This document shows positions 1-13,123 of a DNA stretch of 56,552 bases, one piece after another; position 1 is the stretch's first letter; the number at the start of each line of letters is the position of its first letter. Made by a program: the position numbers and the translations under genes. The DNA is from Rhizaria sp. SCN 62-66 (lineage: Eukaryota). The stretch spans positions 1 through 56,552 of the forward strand of contig MEDY01000174.1 in assembly GCA_001724265.1 (NCBI GenBank), in the 5' to 3' direction. Below the pieces are notes generated by a model. It was not told the DNA's origin and did no database searches. It worked only from the letters and a program-made list of their open reading frames with translations.

Positions 1-325
1 TGTATTTTGTTGCCAACTTGACTTGAACGAAATCCCTCTGGGCTCCCTCCCCACGGCCCAGAGGCCGGTCCGCGCCATCCTACGACGGACCGATGGTCAG
101 TAGTGATATAACATCATGATGATTAAGCTAAGTAAGATTCTGAACAGTACCTGCCGCACGAACAACAAGCGACAGTGAATGACATTGACTGCTAAAGCAC
201 AGTCTTCTCTAAATAACGTTGCGATATCACACCCATTGACTGCGTGAATGACTTGCGTGCGCCTCGTATTATTATGCGCGCCAATGAATGACTATCTGAC
301 GAGCAAAAGATACACTATGTTTGCA

Positions 326-2431
326 TCAAAACAGCAATCCCCGTTGTTGCGCCACGTCAAGCTCCAGAGCACGCTCCCACCCGGCCCCGCCAAGCACGCC
401 CCTCGCCTCCCGCTCCCGCGCGCGCTGCCGCGCCGCCGCCACCGCCGCCGCAGTCGCGGTCTCCACCGCAGCCGCCTCGGCCTCAGCCTCAGCTTCGGCT
501 TCGGCAGCGTGCGCGTCGCTCTCGCGCATCGCGGAGGCGGCTGTTGCTGTGGCTGTGCGGGTGGAGGCGCGGGGCGGAGTGGCACCGACAGTGTGCGAGT
601 GCACGTCCAATGCTGCGTGATGCACTGCGTGGTGTGGTGCAGAGTGATGCCGCGAGTGGGCGGTAGCAGCGTTGTGCGCGTTGGCGTCGTGTTCACCACC
701 GTCGCCAGTAAATTTATCGTCGTAGTTATCGTCGTCGTCGTCATCATCATCAGAACCACTAATAACCTCTGCAGCGGCCGCAGCAGCCTCAGCGTCCGCA
801 CCATCACCATCGGTCATTGCTACACTCGTGCCAGCGCCAGCGCCAGTGTGTGCACCAACGTCAACGCCAGCGCCAGCGCCAGCGCCAGTAAAGTTGCTGT
901 GCCCACCGCGCGCACGCAACCAGGCGTCAGTCTTGCGCGCCTGTTCTTCCCGCCGCGCGCGCGCCTCAGCCTTGCGCTGCCGACGGAACGCCCTCACAGC
1001 CTCCGCCTCCGCCTCTGCGTCCGCGTCGGTGGCAGAGGTAGACTGACGGTGACCGTGAGAGGTTGAGATGACTGGGGCGGAGGGCAGGGGGGGCGGGGCG
1101 TGGATGGGGGGCTGGTAGCGCGGGCGGAGGCGAGACTCTGGCACTGCGGACAGCTGTGCTAGTCGGGCTGGGGACGGAGGGCGCACGTTGGGGTCAGCAG
1201 GCAGCCGCTGTTGGCGTACAAGTGCGTATAAGCCAAGAACAAAGCGATTTATTAAGAACATTGAATGTGAGAGTTCGTGATCAAGCTTTCAATTGTTACA
1301 GCAATACATGGATGAGATTCAATGAAACGTTGAGATCCAAACAACAACAATAGCAAAACGCAACAGTAAGAGATGAATGAGACGTACTCTAACCTCAAAC
1401 CGGCTGCGCCCGGCCTTGTCAGCGCCGTTTTGGTCCAGCCCGGCAGCTAGCGCGTCTACTTTAGCACGCTGTGACTCGGCCAGCGGCTGCGTCAGGGCCG
1501 CGCGCCGCTGCAGAAAGTCCTCGTGCGTCGCGCGCGTGCGGGTGAACTTGGCTGTGACGGTGCGCGGGCGCGCTAGAGACGCCTGAGGAGGCGCGAAAAC
1601 GTAGATGAGAACAAAACGTGTGTTGCGTAAGAGATGAGAGAGTGTGAGGGATTGTTGACCAAAGAAGGTGCCATGCATAAAAATAAAGAGAGTACCGTTA
1701 ACAACAAAAAGTACATTGCTATCTTCAATAAAAATACACGAATAGCGCTGCATTAAGCCATTTAGACGTGGTTTAATATCCGTTACTAACGTGTCAGCAT
1801 TGCGGAAGGTCCTCAAGCGTACCATTTTGTTCGCGAGCGGGTCCGGCGGCAGCGCGCGGAGCTGCTCATAGGGCACCGCGCTCGCAGGCTTCTCTGTGCA
1901 GGCGTGGCCGGCGTCAGTGGCGTCGGTCGCGGCGTGTTTGCGCTTGCTTTGCTTGTGGCGGGGCGCGGTGGCGAGCTTCGCCAGGCGCGCGCGCTCGTGA
2001 TCGGAGAGCGGGGCGGACTTGAGCTGTGCGAGCTCTTGCTGCCGCTGCTGCTCAGCCGCGGCCTCGGCGGCCAGAGTGTCCTGTGCGCGAGTCAGGGGAT
2101 CAAGAGGCAAAGCGTGAGCGCGATCGAGAGAGGAGTTGGTGTCAGAGAATAGGGAGAGAGAGCGCATGTGGAGATAAGAAGCGGGACGGACCGAGAACGT
2201 AGGTTTGACGCGCCGCGGAACGGCAAGTCGGCTTAAAGCATCAATGTTTTTTGGGACTACACATAAAGAAACAATCAAAACAGATCTATGGTGAGCTAGG
2301 CGGCCTGAACGAGCGAAGTCGAGGGGTCAGAAGCGATGGCCGTTGGGAGGTGAGTTAAAAGACGTACCTGAAGGGGGGTTCCGCTCCGGCTCGGGCGGAA
2401 CATAAACTAAAGGACGACTCCAGTAGCTCAT
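326..2431 (-). CDS. Multi-exon hypothetical protein with repeated RLxxLAxP-like (THEG-like) motifs, possibly ciliary/microtubule-associated
   Basis: Joins ORFs 2327..2593, 1319..2278 and 326..1261 through GT-AG introns. Exons approx 2431-2368, 2304(or 2256)-2192, 2080-1823, 1582-1388, 1207-326, with consistent phases. Motifs LSRLAVPRR, RLAKLATAPR, MASLARPRT, SPARLAQLSAVP. Ends TGA. Start codon uncertain. Confidence 0.6.
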
Positions 2432-2880
2432 ATCCACCAAAACCAAGTTGATAGCTTCACCGACGATCGTATTAAGCTCGAACCAGAAGCTTCCTTTAAG
2501 GCTCTTCGTAACGGAGGACCAGCGCGGTCGCGGTGGTGCCACCACTGGGTTTAGACACTTCAAAGCATATCCGTTAAGAAACGTGCGACTCAAGCGTTGT
2601 AAAGATGCATATCTTTAAGTTAAAATTCTTTGTGTATTATAGTTTAAAGCATCAACTGTTGTCGACGTATAATTTGCACATGAAGAGGTAATCCGAAGAT
2701 TGCCATCCGCGCACGCATTCGTGGTCGCGCTTAACTTCCGTTGTTTTTAAGAGTTCGACATATTCTGACATAGAGTTAAACTAATACGCACACAGCATAC
2801 CATTTGTATTTTTCTTCAAGTGGTTTCACAGGCAGCACGCAGAGTCCGCGACATTTCCTTGCGCTTTATCCCGGGCCGAG

Positions 2881-3266
2881 ATGCAGCATTACAACCCGCA
2901 TGCATCGGCCTACAACCGCGCTTCAGATGCGTCTGCGGGCGAGAAATCCGTCGCTTTGCCGCGAAAATCGCTCCATAACCACGCCCCTGTGCTCCATCCC
3001 CAGGCCGCTGCGCGCAACTCCTGTGAAAACAAGGAGAACCTCTCACACGGGCCCCTCTCTCGCTCCTCAGCCTTTGCACCCCAGCAGCACGGTTATGGTC
3101 AAGCTCAGTCACAGTCACAGGCTTCGTCGCTCGCTCGTGCGCCTCCTTGCGCTACCGTTGCGCTTTCATTCCCAGTGGATCCGCTGGCGGACCTTCCGCC
3201 TGTGCCCGTGGACGACTTTTTCTTCACAGAGAACTCGCTCCCCTCCGCCACCTCAGCATCAGCACC

Positions 3267-3297
<31 letters not shown>

Positions 3298-6200
3298 TAC
3301 CAGTCTGGGCAAGCGTCCTCATACGGCCGTCCTCAGTATGGAGCCGCTGCGGCTGGTTCTTTCCGCAGCACTTTCCCCGTCACACAGTCGCAGTCCCAGC
3401 TCCAGTCTCAGACTCAGACAGCGTTTCAGCGCAACAGCAGCACCTTTGACTCCTACAACAACAACGCCAACCAAGGCGTGAACGATAACGGTTTTCCGGC
3501 TGCATCTGCGGCTGCCGGTGGCGCTCAGTCGTACTGTGCAGCGACTGCGGATGTTTCTGTGGGGTTTGACGGGACACCTCTGGTGCCCGTTGCGAGTCTG
3601 TTGCCGCACCACGTAGGCGTGTTTCCCAAGTACAAGTACTTTAAGTACGTTGCATTGCACGCAGCAAACTGTTACATTTCAAGTTGATAACTGCAAAGAT
3701 TCGCTATCTAGATTAAAACTCAATGCTAAATAATCCAGTTATGGCGCCAATATCTAATGTATTCTTTCTTCAGATGTCACAATCCCACAACATATCTTCA
3801 TCAAAACTTCACTCTTTTTGGTCTTTTTTACGACTCTTTTTTTGCGTAACACACTGCGTTTTCACAGCGTCGTGCAGTCGCGCTGCTTCGACACGGTATA
3901 CAACTCTGATGCCAACGTGGTTGTGGCCGCCCCCACGGGCTGCGGAAAAACCGCCATCTTCGAGCTTGCAGTGCTCCGCCTCTACCGCGCACACCATAGT
4001 AACGGGGCAGGGGGACGAGGTAGCAGCACTGGGGGCGGAAAGGTCAAGGCAATTTATATCTGCCCGCTTAAGTACGAAAAAACTGTTTTATGTCAATTAT
4101 ATGCTGTTTCTAGCGAGGAACCCGTTTGTCCGCATCATCTGCACGAGCTCACACTCTCACACACGCTACTAACTTCACTCTTGTCTTATTTTTGCACTGT
4201 AACGTAACACAGGGCGCTGTGCGAAGAGCGTTTCGCTGACTGGAACACCAAGTTCTCACCCCTTGGTCTCCGCGTGGCCCAGGTCACCGGTGACACTCAG
4301 CACGCAGACTTCGGCGGCCTAACTAACACCGACATTGTGTACGTCTCGCTCTATATCTACCTACACATCGCAAGACACTCTATGAGCACGTGTACTTAAA
4401 GCAAGATAACTGTTTGACACATTATGATCACATCTCATTAAAATGATTCTTTCTGGACAACAATCTCACTCACTTCTACACCATCTACATAACTGCAACG
4501 CACTGTATCACGCGGCACCGCTCTGCTTCTTTACACAGGATCACGACTCCTGAAAAGTGGGACACTATGACCCGCCGCTGGAATGCCTCAGCCGCCTCAG
4601 CTTCGATTATGAACTCCATCGGGCTACTCATGGTTGACGAAGGTATGCACTACTCACAAACATCTATCGCTCCGCAGTCTTTTGCAAAACTTCGACTTTG
4701 GTTCTCTCACAACTCTTCCTGATCATCCGTATCATCCATATTACTCGCACTCATTTGATTAAATATTTTCACTTTTACCTTGCTGATCCATCCTTACCCC
4801 CGTGTATCCACGCGTACTACCCTCGCGTACCCCTCTTGTGCACCGCCACAGTGCACGTGCTAAACGAGAGCCGCGGCGCGTGCGTCGAGGGTACCGTGAC
4901 CCGCTGCAAGATGGTCCAGTCCACCTTTGCCCCCGCCGTCGCCGCCGCCCGCGCCCACGCCCCGTCTGGCGGCGAGGCGCTGCGCGTGGAGCTCCAGTGC
5001 GCCGGTCTGCCGCCAATCGCAACCATGCGGCTGCTGGCGCTCTCGGCCACGGTGCCCAATCTGGGGGATATCGCGGAGTGGCTCGACGCCAAGAGCTTCG
5101 GATTCGGGCCGCAGTACCGGTACGCGTTGTGACAATCAGACAGAGCAAACTATCTTGATTTTGACGAATTTCATAACAAATCGATGTTTTTAAACTAAAA
5201 ATCCACGGTCACGTTGAATTTTGCAAATTTTAATCTCTGAAATTGTTTTACCTTTGCATATGAAAACTGCATATTGCTCACACTAACGCTTTGGTTTTCC
5301 TCTGTCACACACTCACAGCCCTGTGCCGCTGGAGGTCGTCGTGCGCTCCTACCCTCCCGCCAAGTCGTCCTTCATGTTCTCGCACATCCTGAACTTCCGT
5401 CTGGCGGACATCCTGGCAGAGCACGCCGGCGGCCGTCCCGCGCTCGTCTTTTGCTCCACGCGTAAAGAGTGCCTCTCGGCGGCGCAGGAGCTCGCCAAGG
5501 CCCCGCTCGCGCTCGTCTCCACAGCGCGACAGCGGCACGCGCTCGAGGCCGTCGCGCGCACGCTGAAGTCGCGCCCGCTGGCCGAGTGCGTTGCGCGCGG
5601 TGTCGGCGTTCACTCGGCCGGGCTCGAGTACTCGGACCGGCTGGCCGTAGAGCGGCTGTTTCTCGACGGCCACCTGCTCGCGCTGTGCACGACGTCGACG
5701 CTGGCGCAGGGCGTGAACCTGCCCGCACACCTGGTCGTGATCAAGGGCACACAGGCCTACAACTCCGGCGCCGGGTACGAAGAGTACGCGGGGTCAGCGG
5801 TGGTGCAGATGATGGGGCGCGCGGGCCGGCCGCAGTTCGACTCGTCCGCCAAGTGCGTGATCATGACGCAGCACAGCACGCGCCGCCTTTACGAGCGCAT
5901 TGAGCAAACCCCGGTCGAAAGCACTCTGACGGCCGCCGTTGTCGAGCACCTCAACGCCGAGATCGTGCTTGGCACAGTGCGCAGCGCGATGGATGCGCAC
6001 CGGTGGATCCGCAACACGTACCTCTACGTCCGCGCCAAGCGCCGCGCCGCCGCCGCCGCCGCAGCAGCACCGGGCTTGGGAGTTGTGAACATTGCGACTG
6101 GCGCTGGCGCTGGCACTAGCGCGGGCGCAGGCTTCGGCGCTGGTGTCGCTGCGGCTGCGGGGGCGGTCGTGAGGCGTGAGGTTGGGAGCGCGGGGTCGGC

Positions 6201-9200
6201 GTTGCACGAGACCGTGAACCGAGAGCTCGCGCGGCTCTGCGAAAAGGGACTCGTGGTCTACCGGCCGCCTGCTAATCACACTAACAATACCGCAGATGAC
6301 GCGAGTACCTTGATTACCACCACGAGTACCGGCGCCAACCCCACGAGTACCGCCGCCGCGCCGGCCGCGCCACCACTGCGCATCCCGATAGAGAGCGCGC
6401 TTGAGTCGACGATCCTGGGCCAAGTCATGGCACGCTTTTACCTGCGCTTTGACACCGCAGCGGCGTTTGGCGCGCTTGCGGGCGCGGGCTCGCTGGAGGA
6501 TGTGATTGACCTGTGCGCCGCCGCCGACGAGTACCAAGGCCTGCAGATTAAGATGGGTGATAAAACCACATTAACCAAGCTCAACAAGGTCCCCAAGAAG
6601 GACCAGGTCCCCGGTGCGTTTCCGGGCGTGCGTTTTCCTGTCCGCCGCGCTGCCGGCTCCGGCTCTGGCGGCTCGGTTATTGCCGAGGCCCGTGACAAGG
6701 TCAAGGTGCTGCTGCAGTGCGCGCTGGACCCGACGTGCCGCATCGCCGATCACGAGCTGACGCTGGCGACCGAGACCATCGCGCAGGGCGCGGGCCGCCT
6801 GCTCTCGGCGCTCTGCGAGTTCTTGGCGACGCAACCCGCGGCGTGGACCGCGCTGCGCAACGCGTTAATGCTGCGCAAGGCGCTCACGCAGCGGCTCTGG
6901 CCCGACCCGTCGCCGCCGCCGCTGCCTGTGTCGGCGGACGCAGCGGCAGCGCCCGACGCGCACGCCGCAACCCGGGGCGCGGCCTCAGTTACCCACATTG
7001 CGGACCACCTGCTGCAGCAGCTGGACGGCATTGGACCACGCTACTGCGCGCTGCTGGGCCAGCGCGGCGTCCGCTCCTTCGGCGACCTCGCGGCGACCAC
7101 CGCGGCCGAAGTTGACGCCATCTGCGGACGCGGACGCGCGTTCTCGCAGAAGATCTTCGAGTCGCTGGCCGCCGTGCCGCAGCTTGTGCTGGGGCTGGAG
7201 CTCGAGCCAGGCGCCGGGAACACGGCCCCCACAGGCACCCACGACCGGCGCGTACGCGTGACTCTGCGGCAGCTCAAAGACGACTTCGCACCGCAGCCGA
7301 AGCTGCGCCAGAGCGTCGCGCTTGTCGTCGGCGACGACAGCAACGCGCTGCTGTCGCACCGCGTCTGCTGGCTTTCGGCTGCGGGGCCCGGGGAGTGGAG
7401 CGCCGTGGTGCTTGCGAAGGCCGGCTCGGTGGTCACGGCCGCCGCGGTTGATAAGACCTTCGTCGGTGTAGACGTGCAGCACTCGCTCCGCGTCCCCGGC
7501 ACGCGTCCTCTCACTGCTAATGTTATCACCGTTGCAGACGGCGCTTCCGGCAGTGCTAGTGCGAGTGCGGGTGAGAGTGCCGGTAGCGACGCTGCGACAG
7601 GTCCGGCAGCAAAGAAGCTGACGCGCGCGGAGGAAAACAGGCTCAAGGCGCAGGAGAAGCTCAAGCTCGCGCGAGAACGCAAGGCTGCCGAAGCTGCTGC
7701 AAAGGCTGCTGCTGAGTCAGGATCTGGCTCCAGCTCTAGCGCCAGCTCCAGCTCTAGCGCTAGTGCGAGCGCTATTGCAAGTGCAAGTGCCAAGAACGCG
7801 ACTACCGCAGTGCCCGCAGGGCCAAGCGCGGCGGCGCAACGGCTGAGCGCTGCTGCGGACGTGCTTGCGAGCGCGGTCAAGTCCACCACAGGCTCTGGGG
7901 GCCTCACGTCTGGCGGCCAGTCAAACAACGCTATCTCTGTCGCTGCTGCTAACACTGCCAAGACTAAGGCTGACTTCGAAGATGGCGACTACGACGGCGC
8001 CCGTGTCGACGACCTGGCAGGCCTTGGAGACGACATTGACGGCTTTGGCGTCGACTTCAATAGTGACTTGAACAGTGTGACACAGGCGCAATCCACGCGA
8101 CCCAACGGTACGTCTGCCGGCACCGCTGGTGACTGTGACGACGACCCTGAGCTGAGCGAGATGGACGCGTTTCTGCGCGCCCTTGAGCCTGGCGCCTTGC
8201 CTGGCGACAGTGACAGCGCTGGCGCGTTTGACGCACCTCCGCCGGAGCCCACGGTCACTGATACGAACGCCGTGAGCGCCAATCACACTCACAGTCAAAG
8301 CTTTCGTCACGGGGGCAGCGGCGGTGGGAGTGGCAGCGATGACGATGTGGTTGCGCTGGGCCCCGTCACCTTCAGCCCTGCCAAGCGCGCTGCAAACACA
8401 GACGCCACCCGCTCCACAACAGCCGTTGCGGCTGCGGCCGCTGCTGTTGATGCGACTGGCCCTCGGTCAACTTCAGTGCCATCGTCATCGTCGTCGTCGC
8501 TGTACAGTCGCAAGCGAGGTGCAGACTCGGCCCCGGGCCCTTCGGCAGCATATGCCGCTGCACACCCCGCCACGCCCGCTGTCGCGCAGTCCACATACAG
8601 TGCCAGTGCAGCGCACGGTCATGGTGTGAAGCGCTCTAAGGGCGGCGCATCCACAGGGACTAACCCGGGCGCAACTGCGGAGCTGGTCACGTTTGCGCCC
8701 CCAGTGCGCGGCGCCTCTGGCCCTCTGGCGCGCTTTATGCCCCGCCAAAGCGCGAGCGAGACCTCCAGTGCGGAAAGCGGAGAGCAGGGCCAAAGTGGAG
8801 GTGTCGCGACGTTGCAGCCAGAGGAGTACATGGGCTCACTTGCACCGGACTCCGTGTTCGCCAATAACAACAATAACAACAGCGGCATTGGCAAGTACAT
8901 GCAGCAGCAGACTGGCAACAGCGGTGTGGAGACACTCGACCGCTTTGCTTACAGCAAGGCTGCGAGCAAGCCTAACTCCAACCCCAGCATTGGCTCTAGC
9001 GCTGGCGCTGGCGCGGATCCCGCGGCCACAACTAAGCCCGCTCCCATCACTGCCTGGCAATCAACTACTCAGCTCTCTGCCCCCTCAACCACAACTGGCA
9101 CTACGGCTGGCACTGGCACTGCTGTGGCAAGCAATGGGACTGGGACGACTGCGAGTGGCTCTGGAAGGCTGCCCCCGCCCAGCGCCCGCCAAACCGCCGG

Positions 9201-10557
9201 CGAGCGTGCGGCGGGCGGCGCCGGTCTGGGTTACCTCCGCATGCTCGCCGCGCGCGCCAGCTCCCTGTCCAGCGAGACTGCCGCGAACGATGGCAGTGCT
9301 GCTGCGACCGCTGCGGCGCCGACTGTGGTGGTGCCGCCGCCGTCGCCGCGGACGCTGCCGCCGGGCGCGGGCCGCGGGGGCGCGCTGACTGGCGCCGAGG
9401 CTGCCGTCACGTGGGGGCAGCGCTCTCAGCACGCCGCCGCCCACAGCCACAGCCACGGTCACGCAACAAAGCAACAACAACAGTACCAACAGCCTACGTA
9501 CAGCGGTGGCGCTGCTGCAAGCGGCAGTGGCTACAGCGGGCCAGTTGCGCCGCCGGCGACGCCTGGACTGGGGACTGGGCTGCAGTTTGACAGCTTCGTC
9601 TCTGCGGCCACATACGGCACCCCCTACAACCGCTACAGTCACGGTCACGGCAGCGGCTTCAACAGCAGCGGTGTCGGCTCTGCTCCTGGCTCTGCTCCTG
9701 GTTCTGGCTCTGGCTCTGCTAGCGCTGGCGCTGGCGCTGCGGGCGGTGACTTTAAGAAACTGGACCACGGCCAGGACAACAGTCACGGTAGCGGCCACGG
9801 CTACAGCGCAACAGGCGCGGCTCACGGCAACAGCGGTGGCAGTCACCCACAAGAGCAGCAAGAACAGTTACATAAACAGCAACAAACGCAGGCGCTCTAT
9901 CACCAGCAGCAGGAGCAAGAAGAGCTTGCACAGGCTCAGACTCAGGCGCAACAGCAGCATCAGGAGAGTGCTTATAATGCCGGCGACTCTGGCTATGGTA
10001 CATACAATAGCGACCAGCGGCATCAGCAGTACCAGCAGCAGCAGTCATATGGCGGCTACCGCAGATACACTGGCTATGGCAACGCTGGCTACGGAGGCAA
10101 CGCTGGCTACGGAGCAAGCGGTGGCTACAGCAGCAACGCTTACGGCTACGGCAACAATGGCTATGGCAACGGCGGCTACGGTGCTCAGCAGGGCTATGGC
10201 TACGGCAACAACACTCACATCAGCGGCTACGGCAGCGCTGCTCAGCACGGCACCAACGGCTACGGTGCACAGGGCTACGGTGCGCAACAGCAGCATCTGT
10301 ACCAGCACAACCAGCAGCAGGGTGGTTACCAGGGCTACGGCGGCAACAGCGGCTACGGCGGCAACGGTTACGGCTCCGCGCCCGTACCGGGGGCTTACGG
10401 CGCGCCTCTGATGCCGACCGGCGCGAGCTCCAGTGCAAGCGCGAGCGCGAGTGTGAGTGCGAGTGCAGGTGCGAGTGCACAGCAGCAGCCGCCACAGAGT
10501 CCGGCGCCGCGAAACGCGTATGCATTCCACAGCAACAACAACTACCGCGCACGGTGA
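2881..10557 (+). CDS. HFM1: Meiotic Ski2-like DNA helicase HFM1/MER3 with long low-complexity C-terminal extension
   Basis: Exons 2881-3644, 3868-4071, 4213-4338, 4539-4642, 4852-5119, 5319-10557 splice in frame. They give YFNVVQS, Walker A APTGCGKT, ITTPEKWD, DEVH, LSATVPN, YRPVPL, TSTLAQGVNLPAHLVVIKGT, QMMGRAGRPQFD, EHLNAEIVLGT and a Sec63-like region (LLQQLDGIG). Single helicase cassette. Ends TGA. Confidence 0.88.
9860..10400 (+). repeat. Coding low-complexity Q- and GYG(G/N)-rich (prion-like) repeat region in the HFM1 tail
   Basis: Many GGCTAC/GGCTAT units encoding GYGNAGYGGNAGYGASGGY... plus poly-Q runs. Confidence 0.8.
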
Positions 10558-10996
10558 GTTGCTGCACGAGGCGAACTGACTGCGAGCAACAAGTGAAACA
10601 TCAAGATTGAATAATGTAACTTAGCTTAACGTAATACTTAGACTGAAAGGCCAACACACTTGTTACATTGGAATGAAATGAAATGATTTTTGTATTTGTA
10701 TTACTTATACTCGTACGCGCGCGTATGTGTGTGTGTATCTGCTGCACCAAGCGAGGCCTCGTGTCACCGTAACAAGGGAAGCACGGGCACGCTTGTACAC
10801 AAAATAAGAGACAACGAGCGCGAGTTAGCGTCAAACTACGTAAACGTCAGCAACAAACAAACAAATCGAAAGAGAAACACTGGAACAATCTCAAGAATAC
10901 ATACATAAAGTCGCAACAACCAAAGCCTTCACTGATCACAAACGACGACGAGATCGCTCCGCTAAACTATATGTGTGTGTTGCTTTACGTCGATTC

Positions 10997-12625
10997 TTAC
11001 TTAGGAGCATCCTTCCGCGGCGCGGGTGCAGCGAGACGCGACCCTGGCGGCGGCGCGGGCTCCTTCTTGGACTTCTTCTTCTTCTTATTCTTGCGCTTCT
11101 TGGCCAGCTTGCGCTTGTATACACGCCACCAGAAGCGGATCAGGCGCTGTGCACGATCCATGCGCTCGGCCAGCTCCTGTTGCGCCTGCGTCTCAATCGT
11201 GCGCCGCTTGATCTCCTCGACCTGCGCCAGCCGCTCCTCTTCCTCGGTCTCCCAGCGCTCTGCCAGCGCGTTAAGCTTCGCCTTTTCACGCGCCCGCAGT
11301 TCGCTGAGGCCCTCCAGCATAGCCTCGCGCTTGGCGACGTCCGCGGCGGCCTTGTGCTCCCACGTCTGGTGTAGCGCGTCCAACTCGCGCCGCTGCATGT
11401 CGAGGAACGCCGTGGCCTTGTCGTGCGCCAGTGCGTCGGTCGCCACGTCGCGCTGCAGACGCGAGATCTCGGCCTCGAGATCCTGCAGCCGCTGCTCACG
11501 GACGCGGCGGATCGACTCGAGCTGCGCGCGCGCGGCGTCCTCTTCGTAGCGAAGCTGGTTCGTGGTGACCTTGCGCAGATGCTTCAGGTGCTGCGTCAAA
11601 CGCGCGATCTCGCGGTTCTTGGTCTCCTCAGACTGCTTGAACGCGGCCTCCTCAAGCCGGATGTCGACCTCCAGCTTCTGCGACTTCTCGAGGTTCACGG
11701 CGAGCGTCTTCTGGCTTTCTTCGAGCAGACGGTGACGCTCAATGTGCGCGTTGATGACTTCGACCAGCCCCTGGAACGAGCCCTGCTTGAGCTCCTCGAT
11801 GCTCAGCTCAACGGCGCTCGCGACCATATCGCGGTCCCGGACGAGCTTCTGGAACGCGCCGGACAGTGACGGCACGTCTTTGAGGTGCACGGTGACGTTG
11901 CTGGTCGATTGCCGCAGCAGCGCAATCACGGCCTGGATCTCCGCCTCGTTATCCACGGCGCGCGCGCGGTTCGAGAGCCCGCGGAGCTCTTTGCGTCGCT
12001 GGGTCAGAGCGGCGTACCTTTCCTCGAGCTGCTTCTGCGTCTGAAGCAGGTCGGCGATGTCGGTGTGGTGGCTGCTGCCGCCCGCGCCCGCGCCGGCCCC
12101 CGCGGCGCCCGGCTTGCCGCCCGCGGCGCCGTCGCGGCGCTTGGCGGGGTCGACGAGCATGAGCCCGACCAGGTCGAGGCGTTCTTTGCCTTCTTCAAGC
12201 AGCGCCATGAAACGGCGCGCGTCGACGGCGTCGAGCTGGTACTCCGGTGCAGGAGCCGCCGTGGGGCCCGACGCGGACGAAAGTGCAAAGGAAAACGCGC
12301 TGGCGCCGCTCCCGCCGGCGGCGCCGAGGCTGGAGGCGGGCGTGGTGGCGCTGCCAGGGGTGGCGAGGCCCAGGCCAAGACTGGAGGAGCTGTTGGAGTT
12401 GGAGTTGCTGGAGCCGGGCGTGGCGGGGAGCGTCGCGCCCAGTGAGCCGCCAGAGGGCAGCGTGGACAGAGACGGGGGCGCGAGCGAGGAAGAACCGCCC
12501 GCAGTGGAGCGGAAAGAGCGCGGACGGGCGCCGAAGCTGCTCACGAAGCCACCACCGGGGGTCGAGGGCGGCCCGCCCGCCGCGGGCGAGGGGCCGGACG
12601 AGGGGACACGGTAGTTGTCACTCAT
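10997..12625 (-). CDS. IQCG: Dynein regulatory complex subunit 9 (IQCG/DRC9)-like coiled-coil protein with C-terminal IQ-like motif
   Basis: Single-exon 542 aa ORF. Long coiled coil with the pattern KLVRDR...IEEL...LRY...H..A..FL...W..K, a degenerate IQ motif (LIRFWWRVYK) and a Lys-rich tail, as I recall from the IQCG family. Ends TAA. Confidence 0.75.
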   Translation of the reverse strand: MSDNYRVPSSGPSPAAGGPPSTPGGGFVSSFGARPRSFRSTAGGSSSLAPPSLSTLPSGGSLGATLPATPGSSNSNSNSSSSLGLGLATPGSATTPASSLGAAGGSGASAFSFALSSASGPTAAPAPEYQLDAVDARRFMALLEEGKERLDLVGLMLVDPAKRRDGAAGGKPGAAGAGAGAGGSSHHTDIADLLQTQKQLEERYAALTQRRKELRGLSNRARAVDNEAEIQAVIALLRQSTSNVTVHLKDVPSLSGAFQKLVRDRDMVASAVELSIEELKQGSFQGLVEVINAHIERHRLLEESQKTLAVNLEKSQKLEVDIRLEEAAFKQSEETKNREIARLTQHLKHLRKVTTNQLRYEEDAARAQLESIRRVREQRLQDLEAEISRLQRDVATDALAHDKATAFLDMQRRELDALHQTWEHKAAADVAKREAMLEGLSELRAREKAKLNALAERWETEEEERLAQVEEIKRRTIETQAQQELAERMDRAQRLIRFWWRVYKRKLAKKRKNKKKKKSKKEPAPPPGSRLAAPAPRKDAPK

Positions 12626-13123
12626 GAGAGTGAAGAAACTGCAAGAAGGCCAACACTAGTGCGGTGGTAAAGTCTTACAATGTCTGAAACTGGTCGGCTG
12701 AGGCGGTGGGGAGCAAGGAGACACGGCGAACGGGAGTAGGGAGACGTTAATGAACGGACAGGACTTTGGGCCACAGAAACGATTGCACCTAAGGGGTTAG
12801 GCTACATCAAGCGCGTATTTTGATTAAAATATTAGAATTAGACAGTAGTTTAAACCAAAAGCACAATCTAGCAGACAAATTGGCGGCTTATTGGGTGCGC
12901 ACGGGCTGTGCTCTTGAACGAGTAACTGCCCACATTTCAGACTCGGTTTCGGTCGCCACTGTCTCGAAGGGACTGTAACACACACTGAAGAGCAGCCAAA
13001 TGCACCGCGTTCATAAGCAAGATGTTTGTATTATTAAACAAAACTGAGATATGATTAAATAAAAGGCTAACTGTAACTTATGGCGTTATATTGACTTTAA
13101 GGGTCGCGTATATATGCAGTTAT

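Noticed and set aside
10554-10560. GTGAGT overlapping the HFM1 TGA stop, a possible further intron
   Set aside because: No downstream coding exon is evident before the convergent IQCG gene; the TGA stop is the simpler reading.
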